Source: Mobula birostris (taxonomy: Eukaryota). From it: a DNA stretch of 64,000 nucleotides. Positions within the stretch are counted from its first letter, which is position 1. Every line of letters starts with the position of its first letter. Shown here one piece after another: positions 63,108-64,000 of this stretch. Below the pieces are notes generated by a model that was not told where the DNA came from, did not search any database, and worked only from the letters and a program-made list of their open reading frames with translations. Position numbers and translations under genes: made by a program. The DNA lies in NCBI RefSeq assembly GCF_030028105.1, contig NC_092380.1, positions 98,881,899-98,945,898 on the forward strand, written 5' to 3'.

Positions 63108-64000
63108 GGAATCTTAACGGGACAAGTTGCCATCTTTGTTTTTTTCTAAATCACATATTTATGAATGTGAAATAACTTCAAAATTATAAATATGCGTACC
63201 AACACTGGGCTTCCAGTTGAGAAAAGATTACTTTAAAGAAAGCTTACTTCAATGGAATACATCCTTGGAGCCACATCGTGGATAGGTGGTCATGCAATAT
63301 TAGTAGCATTACTAATATTACTATGCACTCCATTCCACTTCAGAAAATTGGGTTCCACTTAAGTCAGAACAATCAATTTCTAAAGCAGAACACATCTCAC
63401 AGCAACACTTAATTCAAGTAACCACAGAGAAATTTCTATTGTTATATGATAACAGTAAAAGTACCAAAGCTTCAATCAATCTGGAATTCACAGTTGACAG
63501 ACTTCAACATATGACCAACCTACAAGGCTTAACAAACACACTTTTAAGAAAAAAATGTACCATCAAATGCAGCTTGAATTTATGAAGCATTTTGATATAC
63601 TAAAACATGTCAGAGGAATGTTTCCTAACAACATTTAACTTTGAGTCAAATTGTAGAGCAGATTAGATTAAATTTAGATTCGCTTTAGTTGTCACATGTA
63701 CATTGAAACACAGAGTAAAATGCATTGTTTGCAATAAAGAATATGTTTTAAAAATTGCCTTTTTGAATATACCCAAATACTAAATTTAAACTTATCATCC
63801 TTAAGACTGACCTGTTAATGTAAAGTACTCATTCTTCTTAGAAAATGATGCACTATTTGTATTGAAATGGTATGCAGAAGTATACAGAATGAGTTCAGTT
63901 TTGCTATAAAACTGAGTTTTTAAATTGTAGTTAAATTATGTCACCTTAACGAGAGTGGTAATTCTTTCATTTGTATTACCACTGTATGTATGGCCCATGA

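Noticed and set aside
1-64000. CRISPR arrays, operons or prokaryotic defence systems; the remaining short ORFs in the track
   Set aside because: The DNA is eukaryotic intron sequence with no repeat-spacer arrays; the short ORFs are repeat-derived or chance.

Overview
Vertebrate genomic DNA, AT-rich and dense in repeats. The repeat set (V-SINEs, CR1, Rex1/Babar, Penelope-like, Tc1) suggests a cartilaginous fish, probably a ray (inference). The whole window lies inside one large minus-strand gene, neuron navigator 2 (NAV2). Eight internal coding exons (54254-54709, 50862-50927, 43047-43091, 38600-38760, 37150-37338, 28426-28478, 19157-19180, 17031-17105; 1069 nt) have canonical AG/GT ends and splice into one open frame. 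That frame matches the Ser-rich region and first coiled coil of NAV2 as I recall it. The flanking exons were not found and probably lie outside the window. Most of the remainder is intron filled with decayed transposons. No prokaryotic system or CRISPR array is present. The best leads are: a possible internal first exon for a short NAV2 isoform (5219-5416); a recursive-splice-like CAG|GTAAGT site (11717); a fold-back Tc1 made of two 3' ends; a composite MITE with captured cargo; hammerhead-ribozyme motifs in the Penelope-like repeats; and inverted repeats around two exons that would give an in-frame, stop-free 522-nt circle. Repeat boundaries and family names come from reading by eye, not from a database search.
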